From IMG/VR virus record IMGVR_UViG_3300034095_000254: 64,000 nucleotides of DNA. One strand, given 5' to 3'. The position numbers and the translations under genes are program-made. The notes under the pieces are model-generated. The model did no database searches, was not told the DNA's origin, and saw nothing but the letters and a program-made list of their open reading frames with translations. Within the stretch, counting starts at the first letter, position 1. Each line of letters begins with the position of its first letter. This document shows, piece after piece, positions 20,859-29,761 of the stretch. This stretch comes from a virus.

Positions 20859-23606
20859 TTAATAAGTGCCACCATCAATCTGGAATCCATCCAGAGTTGA
20901 AGTTCCTGCACCAGCACCAGTAATATTAATACCAACAAACATTGACTTAGCAACAGATAAACCACCAGACAATACAGCTGCAGCAGTACCAAGAGCAGAA
21001 GCATCAGTAGTAGCAGTAAAGGTTACTGCACCAGAAGCTGCAAGAGTTGTAAACGCACCAGTATTTGCAGTAGAAGCACCGATTGGAGTATTGTTAATAC
21101 TACCAGTAGTAATTACTGCACCAGTGATTGTTTTATTAGTTAGTGTATCAGTAGTGGCACGACCAACTAAAGTATCAGTTGAAGATGGTAGTGTTAATGT
21201 ACCACTATTAACGATTGTTGCAATAACTGGAGCAGTTAGAGTCTTGTTAGTAAATGTTTCAGTACCAGCCAGTGTAGCAAGAGTGCCAGTTACTGGAAGT
21301 GTTAATGTAGTATTTGCAGTTGTAGTTAGTGTAGTAGTATGTGCACCAGAAGTAGTAAGATTACCACCAATAGTGATTGTCTTACCAGTGTTAGCAACAC
21401 CAGTACCACCATATGCGCCATCAATTACTGAACCTTGCCAAGTACCAGTACCGATAGTACCAAGAGTAGTGATGGTTGATTGACCAACATAAGTTGATGC
21501 AATATCTACCGCATCTGCACTAATAGTAATTCTGTTAGTAGTACCAACAACATTTAGTGTATTACCAGTCTTTGTTAAACCATCACCAGCGATAACAGAA
21601 CCAGCACCAGAGAATTGAACAAAGGTAATTGCAGTAGTACCAACAGTAATAGCACCAACATTGGTACATACATAACCATTGTTTCCACCAACAGTACCTT
21701 CTTCAACGAAAGTAAATGCACCTGGAGTAATTTCACTGTCTTCATCAGCATCAACTGTACGAGTTAATACCCAATTTGCAGAAGCAGTACCAACAGTGGT
21801 AACTTTATAGAAACCATTTTGCAGAGCAGTTGTTTGGTCTTTAACAAGAACACGCTCGCCAACAACTAGAACTCTACTATCAATAGTAATTGCAGCTTGA
21901 GTACCAGAGTTAGTAAGAGTCGCACCAACACCAGAAGTTCCATTATTATAAGTTGCAGTTAGGTTAGCAGTTGTAGTAACGATAACTGAATCTTTAACAT
22001 CAAGACCAGTTTTTACAGCATCAACATAGTTCTTAGTTGCTGCATCGCTAGACTGAGTAGGTTCAGCAACAGAAGTAATTCTCTTATTGGCAACATCAAC
22101 AGAACCTGTTCCAGTTGGAACTAGATTAACACTGTTATTACCAGATGCAGCACCAACAGTCATATTGCCAGAAGTGGCAGTAACGCTAGTTGCTAAAGCA
22201 GCACCAAGAGTTGGAGTTACTAGAGTTGGGCTACTAGCAAATACTAAAGCACCAGAACCAGTCTCATCAGAGATAACACCAGCAAGTTCTGAAGAAGAAG
22301 TTGCGGCAAATGCACTTAGTTTGTTTGCTACATAAGCAACAGTACCACCTGCACTGAATGCCACAGAAGAAGTATCTGTACCAGTGAATGTTAAAGTATT
22401 GCTTGCAGTAAGAGTTTTACCATCAGCGATAGTTAAAGTAGAACCAGTGGCTGGAGTAGTAAGAGTAACTTTGTTAATACTTGTGGCAGTGGCAACACCT
22501 AATACTGGAGTAACAAGAGTTGGAGTATTAGAGAATACAACAACACCAGTACCAGTTTCATCGGAGATGGCAGTTGCCAACTGAGCAGAAGTAGTAGTTA
22601 GTGTATTGTTTGCTAAGTTGATAGACTTGTTAGTAAGTGTATCAGTAGTGGCACGACCAACTAGCGTATCTGTTGCAGCAGGTAGAGTTAAAGAGTTTGA
22701 CCCAGCAATCGCAGTTGCAAGGACAGTGATTGTACCAGAAGTAGAACCATTAAATGTAGCACCTGTTGCGCCAATAGTTGGGCTGTTAATTGCTGGGCTA
22801 GTTAGAGTCTTATTTGTAAGAGTCTGAGTGCCATCAAGAGTAGCAACAGTGTTATCAATACTAAAGTCAACTGTATTAGTTGCTGAAGTTACTGTTGAAG
22901 TAATACCAGTTCCACCAGCAAAGGTGATAGTATCAGTCGCAAGAGCGATAGTATCTGTACCAGTGTCACCAGCGATGCCAAGAGAAGTAGTAATTGAAGC
23001 AGTAGAAGCTGCAGTCAAACGACCTTGTGCGTCAACAGTGAAAGTAGGAATTGCAGTGGCAGAACCGTAACTACCTGCAGTAACTGCAGTATTAATTAAA
23101 GCAATTGTAGAAGTATTACCACCATCTGAGTTAGTAACACTAATTTGACTTGCAGTACCAGTTACCGCACCACCAACTGTATCATAGATAAACTCTGCGA
23201 GACTGTCTGTAGTTCCGTTAATATAAACATTATTAAGAACTAATTTACCAGTGCCATTTGGTGTAAGAGTAATGTTACCGTTGGTATCAGTAGAAGAGAT
23301 TGTGTTACCATTTAAGTCGAGATTATCAACTTTAAGGTTATCTAATTTACTTGATGCATCAACAATAAGACCAGATGACGCAGTTAGCGTACCTGGAGTA
23401 TGATCTAACATATCGGTAAAATACTTACCACCGATAACAAAGTGATTTACAGCATTACCTGAGGTTTCTGCACCTACACCAATGTAAAGTCTGTCACCAC
23501 CATTTGAACCATTATCTGTTAAGGCTGAATACGCTAATTCACCAGTGCCCAGCGTTGCTGGATTACCTGTTACTGACGAACGCTTTATGCGAATAATAGA
23601 TGCCAT
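20859..23606 (-). CDS. Tail fibre-like protein
   Basis: N-terminal IRIKRSSVTGNP...GELAYS; TLTNKT repeats; DAATKNYVD; VLVKDQT...NGFY; ends in DGGTY. Confidence 0.75.
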   Translation of the reverse strand: MASIIRIKRSSVTGNPATLGTGELAYSALTDNGSNGGDRLYIGVGAETSGNAVNHFVIGGKYFTDMLDHTPGTLTASSGLIVDASSKLDNLKVDNLDLNGNTISSTDTNGNITLTPNGTGKLVLNNVYINGTTDSLAEFIYDTVGGAVTGTASQISVTNSDGGNTSTIALINTAVTAGSYGSATAIPTFTVDAQGRLTAASTASITTSLGIAGDTGTDTIALATDTITFAGGTGITSTVTSATNTVDFSIDNTVATLDGTQTLTNKTLTSPAINSPTIGATGATFNGSTSGTITVLATAIAGSNSLTLPAATDTLVGRATTDTLTNKSINLANNTLTTTSAQLATAISDETGTGVVVFSNTPTLVTPVLGVATATSINKVTLTTPATGSTLTIADGKTLTASNTLTFTGTDTSSVAFSAGGTVAYVANKLSAFAATSSSELAGVISDETGSGALVFASSPTLVTPTLGAALATSVTATSGNMTVGAASGNNSVNLVPTGTGSVDVANKRITSVAEPTQSSDAATKNYVDAVKTGLDVKDSVIVTTTANLTATYNNGTSGVGATLTNSGTQAAITIDSRVLVVGERVLVKDQTTALQNGFYKVTTVGTASANWVLTRTVDADEDSEITPGAFTFVEEGTVGGNNGYVCTNVGAITVGTTAITFVQFSGAGSVIAGDGLTKTGNTLNVVGTTNRITISADAVDIASTYVGQSTITTLGTIGTGTWQGSVIDGAYGGTGVANTGKTITIGGNLTTSGAHTTTLTTTANTTLTLPVTGTLATLAGTETFTNKTLTAPVIATIVNSGTLTLPSSTDTLVGRATTDTLTNKTITGAVITTGSINNTPIGASTANTGAFTTLAASGAVTFTATTDASALGTAAAVLSGGLSVAKSMFVGINITGAGAGTSTLDGFQIDGGTY

Positions 23607-23620
23607 CTTTTATTTCTCCG

Positions 23621-23869
23621 TTAAAATTCTCCACCTTCCATGTTTTGCGCATCGAGGGTGGTGGTGGATGTCCACTTGTTTGTTGTTGTTTTAAATACTA
23701 GGACTGATCCATTAATTTTAGTAGTTGTATCGACATCTGCGATATTAGAAACTGATTCTACTACGGCTGGATTAGCCAAATTGGTTGAAGTGTTGAGTAC
23801 ATATGTACCCTCCGACACCGCAACTGTTAATGCTTCATCAGGTGTTACGACTGCTGTAATTTCTGCCAT
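23621..23869 (-). CDS. Small structural protein
   Basis: Probable start MAEITAVV at 23869, directly after the upstream stop; NGSVLVF...KW motif; ends in EGGEF. Confidence 0.55.
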   Translation of the reverse strand: MAEITAVVTPDEALTVAVSEGTYVLNTSTNLANPAVVESVSNIADVDTTTKINGSVLVFKTTTNKWTSTTTLDAQNMEGGEF

Positions 23870-23871
23870 AA

Positions 23872-24207
23872 TTATATTTGAGTGATTTGTGCGTTTACTG
23901 TAACGATCCCTTCTACCACTCTGGTTTTTGTACCAGAAGGAGAAGTAATCTCGACATCGTACAACCATCTTCCCGCAGGAATGGCTTCGGATTGACCACT
24001 TGTTAATTGTAGTCGGATTTTTCCAGTTGCAGCGTCGTAAATACTAGCTGTAAATGCATATACTGTACTAGACGAATAAGACTTCCTCATCTGGGAAGCC
24101 ACAGTGTAGCTGGTCAAAGCAAGTGCCTGACCATTAGAAGCAGTTACAGTGATGATATTACTGTATGTCGCTCCAGCGTCCACATAAAGATTGCTAATAG
24201 TTGCCAT
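23872..24207 (-). CDS. Small Ig/BppU-like structural protein
   Basis: NLYVDAGATY...GRWLYDVEIT...TRVVEGIVTV; preceded by a perfect late promoter. Confidence 0.65.
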   Translation of the reverse strand: MATISNLYVDAGATYSNIITVTASNGQALALTSYTVASQMRKSYSSSTVYAFTASIYDAATGKIRLQLTSGQSEAIPAGRWLYDVEITSPSGTKTRVVEGIVTVNAQITQI

Positions 24208-24235
24208 TCTGGAATCCGATTAATTGTATACTTCT

Positions 24236-24243
24236 TATTTATA
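24236..24243 (-). promoter_or_regulatory. T4-type late promoter TATAAATA
   Basis: Exact T4 gp55 consensus on the minus strand, just after a terminator and 28 nt before the ATG at 24207. Confidence 0.8.
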
Positions 24244-24260
24244 ATACCAGAGACTGCAAC

Positions 24261-24284
24261 AAAAAACCCTCCAAATGGAGGGTT
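24261..24284 (-). terminator. Rho-independent terminator
   Basis: Minus strand AACCCTCCA-TT-TGGAGGGTT followed by TTTT. Confidence 0.8.
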
Positions 24285-24293
24285 GTTCTAAAC

Positions 24294-24635
24294 TTATTTT
24301 GGATACTTTTCTTTGATTTTCTTTCTAGTTTGAAACCAGTGAGAATTTTGATCAATTACCTTACCAGAATTAATCTCATGCCAAAGAGCATCAATTTGTT
24401 CTTCTGCAGAGCCATATTCTTCTTTACGGTCTCTTGCATATTGTGTTTTATTGTACTCTGCTTTATCCAATTCGATTTGGGTTTCTACCTCTTCCCATGC
24501 TGGTGGAGATGCTCCACTTTTATCATCCCATTCAATAAAATTTCTATTGTATAATGTAAATATAGAATTAGGTCTTAGCTTCTTAACAGCTTCTCCAACT
24601 CCATACATAAAATTAATCTCAGTTTGTGTTGCCAT
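24294..24635 (-). CDS. Tail fibre assembly / XkdW-like protein
   Basis: AVKKLRP...IEWDD...PP.WEEV...YARDRKEEY..EEQIDALW pattern, typical of small fibre-associated proteins. Confidence 0.55.
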   Translation of the reverse strand: MATQTEINFMYGVGEAVKKLRPNSIFTLYNRNFIEWDDKSGASPPAWEEVETQIELDKAEYNKTQYARDRKEEYGSAEEQIDALWHEINSGKVIDQNSHWFQTRKKIKEKYPK

Positions 24636-24663
24636 AGTCTTTCTCCATTATTTAAAATAATAA

Positions 24664-25023
24664 TTAAGGTTTTAAAACCCAGTTTACAGTTTCTTCGTTC
24701 CACAAATACACTTTAGTATCAGTCGCATCGCTTGGCATAGGAATTGGTGGTTCCCATAAACAAGTGTCTTCGTTTAATACCCAAGAAGAATATAATTTAG
24801 GTGGAATAAAAGCATCTCTTTCATCGTCGTAGCTATACCCCTTACCTGCATAATTTTTTCTTAATGCAGTTCCACCTAATTTGTGTACACCACCCTGTGT
24901 ATTAATACTTGTTTGAATCCAGCGACCTGGAGAATTATCAATATAACTATCAATCCATTCTTGGTCTGCTGAAACTACATTCGTTACTATATTATTTTCG
25001 TTTACTTTTGCGTAATGTCCCAT
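24664..25023 (-). CDS. Partner protein of Gly-rich adhesin (copy 2)
   Basis: MGHYAKV...WIQTS...LRKNYAG.G..YD..RDAFIPPK...W.LNEDTCLWEPP; paralog of 26011-26424. Start chosen after the GGAG RBS. Confidence 0.7.
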   Translation of the reverse strand: MGHYAKVNENNIVTNVVSADQEWIDSYIDNSPGRWIQTSINTQGGVHKLGGTALRKNYAGKGYSYDDERDAFIPPKLYSSWVLNEDTCLWEPPIPMPSDATDTKVYLWNEETVNWVLKP

Positions 25024-25034
25024 ATTATTCTCCA

Positions 25035-25973
25035 TTAAGCAGCAAGATATTTGATAATAACACAACCAGTGCTACCTGCAGCACTTGGATTACCTGCGCC
25101 ACCTCCACTACCTCTAAATGATGCCCCTGCTTGGCCAGCAACAGGGCTAGTGTATGGACCACCACCATTACCACCAACACCAGAGCCACCAGTTCCGTTT
25201 ACACCTGGAGATCCAGTAGCAGTACCACCTGCACCACCGCCAGCATAGAACAGTGGACTTCCAGAAATAGAGTATGCTAATCCTGCACCGCCATTACCAC
25301 CACCACTTGGTGTTCCAGCTTGCCCAGCAGCACCTGCTCCTCCGCCACCACCGCCAGATTCTGGTGAAAGATCAAATCCGTTACCACCTGCGTTACCTTG
25401 TCCTGGAGTTCCTGCGCCACCTGATTGTGTTTGGTCACCACCGCCACCGCCACCAGAGCCACCAGCGTTTCCATTCTGGACATAACCACCCCCACGACCA
25501 CCACCAACTGCAGTGTATCCATTAAAAGTTGTATTATTACCAGAGGCATTTGCAGCACCACCACCTCCAACCACAATTCCATATGATGCAGTTCCAAGTG
25601 TCATAGATGATGAATAAATTAATCCACCTGCTCCTCCACCACCACCCCAAGCATTATTTGGTCCACCTTGTGCACCGCCACCACCACCGCCAGCTACCAT
25701 TAATACTTCACATCCTTTTGTACCAGACAGAACTTGGAAAGTTCCATTATCAGTAAATGTATGAATATTATATGAACCAGAAGTTGTAATTGTACCACCA
25801 GTAGCAACGAACGCACCGATACCAATCCATGTAGAGACTGAGGTATCATAGTATTCAATATAACCAGTTGAACTGTTGGCACGAAGCATTCCAGCAGTTG
25901 GGGTTCCAGGTCGTTGTGCTGTGGTTCCAACTGGAAGTGTTAGTGCGTGTTCACCTAAAATTGTACTTGGCAT
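25035..25973 (-). CDS. Glycine-rich domain protein (putative fibre-tip adhesin), copy 2
   Basis: PVGTTAQRP...GMLR.N; HTF..GTF; EVLMVAGGGGG; polyglycine runs; ends G.VIIKY. Confidence 0.75.
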   Translation of the reverse strand: MPSTILGEHALTLPVGTTAQRPGTPTAGMLRANSSTGYIEYYDTSVSTWIGIGAFVATGGTITTSGSYNIHTFTDNGTFQVLSGTKGCEVLMVAGGGGGGAQGGPNNAWGGGGGAGGLIYSSSMTLGTASYGIVVGGGGAANASGNNTTFNGYTAVGGGRGGGYVQNGNAGGSGGGGGGDQTQSGGAGTPGQGNAGGNGFDLSPESGGGGGGAGAAGQAGTPSGGGNGGAGLAYSISGSPLFYAGGGAGGTATGSPGVNGTGGSGVGGNGGGPYTSPVAGQAGASFRGSGGGAGNPSAAGSTGCVIIKYLAA

Positions 25974-26010
25974 TTGTTATCCTCTAAAATCTTTATTATT
26001 TATTAATGTT

Positions 26011-26424
26011 CTATAATGCTTTATTTTTTTCATCCCAGCTGGTAGTTTCTTCATTCCAAACATAGAAATATCTATGAGTGGTATCAAACCATCCTTCTGG
26101 ACATGCAATTGGTGGTTCCCAGAGACATGTGTCTTCATTGAGAATCCAAGACGCATATGGTTTTGGTGGAATAAAAGCATCTCGCACAAAATCATATGTA
26201 AAACCAATACCTGCGTAATTCTTTCTTAGTGCTTTTGTTTGATCTTCAGATGGAATCTGTCCACCTTCAGGTAATTGAGTATAATGTATACCACCCCTTG
26301 TATTATAAGATGTTTGAATCATCCATCCTGGAGTATCATCAATAAATGTGTCAATAAATTCTTGGTCTGCCACAAGAACTTTGTCTACAATACCATGTTC
26401 GTTTACTTTTGCAAAGTGTGCCAT
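26011..26424 (-). CDS. Partner protein of Gly-rich adhesin (copy 1)
   Basis: MAHFAKV...LRKNYAGIGFTYD..RDAFIPPKPYASWILNEDTCLWEPP. Confidence 0.7.
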   Translation of the reverse strand: MAHFAKVNEHGIVDKVLVADQEFIDTFIDDTPGWMIQTSYNTRGGIHYTQLPEGGQIPSEDQTKALRKNYAGIGFTYDFVRDAFIPPKPYASWILNEDTCLWEPPIACPEGWFDTTHRYFYVWNEETTSWDEKNKAL

Positions 26425-26435
26425 ATTAGTTTCCG

Positions 26436-27419
26436 TTAAGTTGCAGCCACATATTTAATAATGACAATACCAGAACCACCACCAGAAGAATTACCTCCAC
26501 CACCGCCACCACCAGTATTTGCAATTCCAGAAACAGATGGTGCACTAGTATTGGTGTATCCAGCAGTACCCTTACCGCCACCGCCAGTACCGCCACCACC
26601 TCCAGATGTTGGAGATTGATTAGTACCGCCACCACCTCCACCGCCACCTCCGTAGTAAGTTGAAGTACCTGATATAGAATACGCTAGACCAACTCCACCA
26701 GCACCACCACCACTTGGTGTTCCACCTTGCCCAGCTGCACCTGCGCCACCGCCACCGCCAGCAGATTCTGGTGCTGGATTTAAACCATCACCTCCTGAAT
26801 TACCTTGTCCTGGAGTACCAGATCCACCAGCACCTTGTGGCATAGCATAGTCGCCACCACCGCCACCACCAGAACCGCCTGATCTACCTACTGATGCAGC
26901 AACACCTTGTCCACCACCGCCACCGCCAACTGCAGTGTATCCATTGAATGTAGTGGCAGTACCATCGCTACCACTACCACTACCCACACCAGTTGCGCCA
27001 CCACCAACACTCACTGTGTATGTGCCAGTTGAAATTGTCATGGATGATGAATAGAGCACTCCACCTGCACCACCACCGCCAGCCCAAGCACCAGTGTTTG
27101 GATATGGATTACTACCCCACATTCCGCCACCACCACCGCCAGCTACCATTAATACTTCACATCCTTTAGATCCAGAAAGAACTTGGAAACTGCCTGTGGT
27201 TAAAAATGTATGAGTAGTAAATCCTCCGCTTGTTACAACGGATCCGCCTATTGCCGTAAATGCTCCAATACCTAACCAGCTTGAAGATCCAGTATCATAA
27301 TATTCAATATAACCAGTAGTAGAATTTACTCTGATCATTCCAGCAGTGCCAGTTGGTCGCTGAGCAGTAGTTCCGACTGGGAAAGTTAATGCGTGTTCAC
27401 CTAAAATTGTACTTGCCAT
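26436..27419 (-). CDS. Glycine-rich domain protein (putative fibre-tip adhesin), copy 1
   Basis: Paralog of 25035-25973; translationally coupled to the upstream S74 fibre. Confidence 0.75.
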   Translation of the reverse strand: MASTILGEHALTFPVGTTAQRPTGTAGMIRVNSTTGYIEYYDTGSSSWLGIGAFTAIGGSVVTSGGFTTHTFLTTGSFQVLSGSKGCEVLMVAGGGGGGMWGSNPYPNTGAWAGGGGAGGVLYSSSMTISTGTYTVSVGGGATGVGSGSGSDGTATTFNGYTAVGGGGGGQGVAASVGRSGGSGGGGGGDYAMPQGAGGSGTPGQGNSGGDGLNPAPESAGGGGGAGAAGQGGTPSGGGAGGVGLAYSISGTSTYYGGGGGGGGGTNQSPTSGGGGGTGGGGKGTAGYTNTSAPSVSGIANTGGGGGGGNSSGGGSGIVIIKYVAAT

Positions 27420-28318
27420 TATTTACTCTCCAACATTTTTACTTTATCATTTAATTCTTTGATTGCTTCGATTAAAAGAGGAACCAATTTTTCATATTGC
27501 ACTGTTTGATAGTTCTCACCAGAACGAGAGATTTCTGTATTTTCAAACAGCATAATATCAAATGGAGCAGGTTTAACTGCTTCTGGGAGAACTACCTTCA
27601 CATCACCTGCAAGAACACCTACTTGTTTTTCTTTACTAGAATATCCAAATGACTCTGCTAATTGATTTGCATTAAAAGTGACTCCACGAAGAGTCATAAT
27701 TTTATCTAGCGCATTTGGAATAATTTCGATATTCTCTTTTAATCTTTCATCTGAATACCACGAAACAATATCATTAGTGGCACGAATAGATCCAGCAGTT
27801 CCAGAAGCTGCAGTTCCAATACCCAGTGAACCAAATTGTGGATTTGAGGAAGTTGCTAAGTCTTGTGGACCATTAAGAGTAATAACCCCAGAGGTATTAG
27901 TTACTGTAATTCTGTTTGCAGTGCCAGTCAGTGTAGTACTAGTATAAGCACCAGCTGAAGTACCAACCAGTAAACTACCACTAGTAGGTGCAGTAGTAAT
28001 ACCAGTTCCACCAGAAGCGACAGGTAAAGTTCCAGTGGTTAAAGCAGAAGTGCTCGTAGCATAAACTGCTCCACCATTAGTAAAACTCGTTAGCCCAGTA
28101 CCACCTTTAGTCGTGGCAATAGTTGTGGCACTCCAAGTACCAGTCGTAACTGTTCCTAAAGTAACAAGATTAGAGTTACCTGTAAAAGATGCTTCTAATT
28201 TATCAGTGTTTAGATTGATAAAGTTAGTATCAATTTCAGCATTTGTTAGAGGGAGATCTTTCCTAGTGACACCACCTGTGCCAGTAGTTCCCGTTTCTCT
28301 AGTTGTAATCGAAGCCAT
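27419..28318 (-). CDS. Short tail fibre with peptidase S74-like chaperone
   Basis: N-terminal PLTNAEIDTNFINLN; C-terminal YSDERLKENI...YEKLVPLLIEAIKEL. Confidence 0.8.
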   Translation of the reverse strand: MASITTRETGTTGTGGVTRKDLPLTNAEIDTNFINLNTDKLEASFTGNSNLVTLGTVTTGTWSATTIATTKGGTGLTSFTNGGAVYATSTSALTTGTLPVASGGTGITTAPTSGSLLVGTSAGAYTSTTLTGTANRITVTNTSGVITLNGPQDLATSSNPQFGSLGIGTAASGTAGSIRATNDIVSWYSDERLKENIEIIPNALDKIMTLRGVTFNANQLAESFGYSSKEKQVGVLAGDVKVVLPEAVKPAPFDIMLFENTEISRSGENYQTVQYEKLVPLLIEAIKELNDKVKMLESK

Positions 28319-28353
28319 TTATTGTTGTTCCTATGGGTTTTACAATTTATTTA

Positions 28354-29070
28354 TTATTTAGGAGTATTACAATACTGTTCGTAAGTTTGCATATATTCTC
28401 CACTATACTTATTTATAGATGCCTCTAAAATACCTCTAGTTTGAGATTTCCTAGAATCGACATAAAAACGAACCATAATCATGGGTTCATCGCTATAATT
28501 AAAAGCATTATGATAATGATAGCTGTTTAAACAGTATACTTTTCCAGACTCATACGACTCTTCAAATACCTTAATCGGTTTGGTATAGTCTGACCCCCTA
28601 TAATCCATGTAGGTTATAAGACTAAATTTAGATCCTTTAGGCATTACGATTGGAAGATTCCAAACGGATATCCACTCAGGTTGTCCTGCTTCTTTAGCAT
28701 GGCTATGCCACCCTGCAGATCCACCCTTAGAAAACACTTCAATCCTAGCCAATAACTCTCCACCACCAACAGACTGCAAAACGCTATCCAAATACGGACA
28801 TAATTTTATGGCATCTGTTTTAACAAAATTACCATCCCAAGATTCAGCTGGATTAGACTTAACATTACCATCGATACTATACAATGCTATGGAATCCCAT
28901 TTATTCAATTCATCAAGTTCCATAGTTTTATCAAAGGATAATGAACTTCGATATCCTTCTAACTTGTAGGGTAGGTTTTCTATTTCCTGCAGAATTAGAT
29001 TATGGTCAAATTCAATACCTAAAGGTAGGTGTGCGATTTCATTTAACTTATCCAATGTACTCTCCATCAT
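28354..29070 (-). CDS. Asp/Asn beta-hydroxylase-like Fe(II)/2OG-type (cupin-fold) oxygenase
   Basis: W..IALYS, T...KLCPY, ARI....GG..GWHSH and LNSYHYHNAFN...R pattern. Start uncertain (ATG 29070 or 29067, or TTG near 29055). Confidence 0.7.
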   Translation of the reverse strand: MMESTLDKLNEIAHLPLGIEFDHNLILQEIENLPYKLEGYRSSLSFDKTMELDELNKWDSIALYSIDGNVKSNPAESWDGNFVKTDAIKLCPYLDSVLQSVGGGELLARIEVFSKGGSAGWHSHAKEAGQPEWISVWNLPIVMPKGSKFSLITYMDYRGSDYTKPIKVFEESYESGKVYCLNSYHYHNAFNYSDEPMIMVRFYVDSRKSQTRGILEASINKYSGEYMQTYEQYCNTPK

Positions 29071-29761
29071 AAGCATTGACCGCATCTTGAACCAAATCAT
29101 AAACTAACTCATCTCTAAGATCTGCAAAGAAACGAATAGTCAATCGAACCCCATCCTCATCAAAATTAAACACATTGTGATAATGGTAAGCATTAAAGAC
29201 AACTGGAGTTCCAGGGATATAGGTAGACTCATATACCTTTGGGTTATTAATCCCAAAATCCATACCTCTATACTCTTCATTTGCAATCACAGAATATTTA
29301 AACTTATTCGGCATAGTTATAGGTAACTGAATAATCATCATCGTGTCAGGATGTGATAACTCAAATACATGGTTATGCCACCCCATCACAGTTCCTGGAT
29401 GAATCTCTTCAATCCTTGCCAATGCTTTACCACCACCCAGTTTTTCAACTATGTCATAGGTGTATGGGAGATATTCAGACAAACCAGTTTTTTGGAAGTG
29501 TCCCCAGATTCTTTCTAACTCACCTGGACCAGCACCCTCTAAACGATCGCAGAAAATCTCACCATTGTAACTAAACAAAGATAGATTGTTCCACTTACTT
29601 TTCTCGTGGCCATGATTCTCCTGCATTGTTGCAGCATAAGGCATCAATGGAAATGGACACTCACCGATTTCTTGTTCAATCCGTGCAGCATCATAAGTAA
29701 AATTCAACGGTAGATGAGGAATTCTATTTACTTGTTCAACTAACTTTTCTATATTTCTCAT
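29048..29761 (-). CDS. Asp/Asn beta-hydroxylase-like Fe(II)/2OG-type oxygenase
   Basis: WNNLSLFS, ARIEEIHPGTVMGWHNH, QLPITMP and FNAYHYHNVFN...RL; paralog of the downstream ORF. Confidence 0.7.
   Translation of the reverse strand: MRNIEKLVEQVNRIPHLPLNFTYDAARIEQEIGECPFPLMPYAATMQENHGHEKSKWNNLSLFSYNGEIFCDRLEGAGPGELERIWGHFQKTGLSEYLPYTYDIVEKLGGGKALARIEEIHPGTVMGWHNHVFELSHPDTMMIIQLPITMPNKFKYSVIANEEYRGMDFGINNPKVYESTYIPGTPVVFNAYHYHNVFNFDEDGVRLTIRFFADLRDELVYDLVQDAVNAYDGEYIG

Noticed and set aside
14665-23070. Many plus-strand ORFs (for example 14665-15399, 20866-21483 and 22087-22335; also 37422-38018 and 48725-49168)
   Set aside because: They are antisense shadows of Thr/Gly/Ala-rich fibre genes, giving Val/Pro-rich translations with no RBS or motifs.
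25035-27419. CCACCACCG-type repeats as a CRISPR array or tandem DNA repeat
   Set aside because: They are polyglycine codons, with no constant repeat-spacer periodicity.
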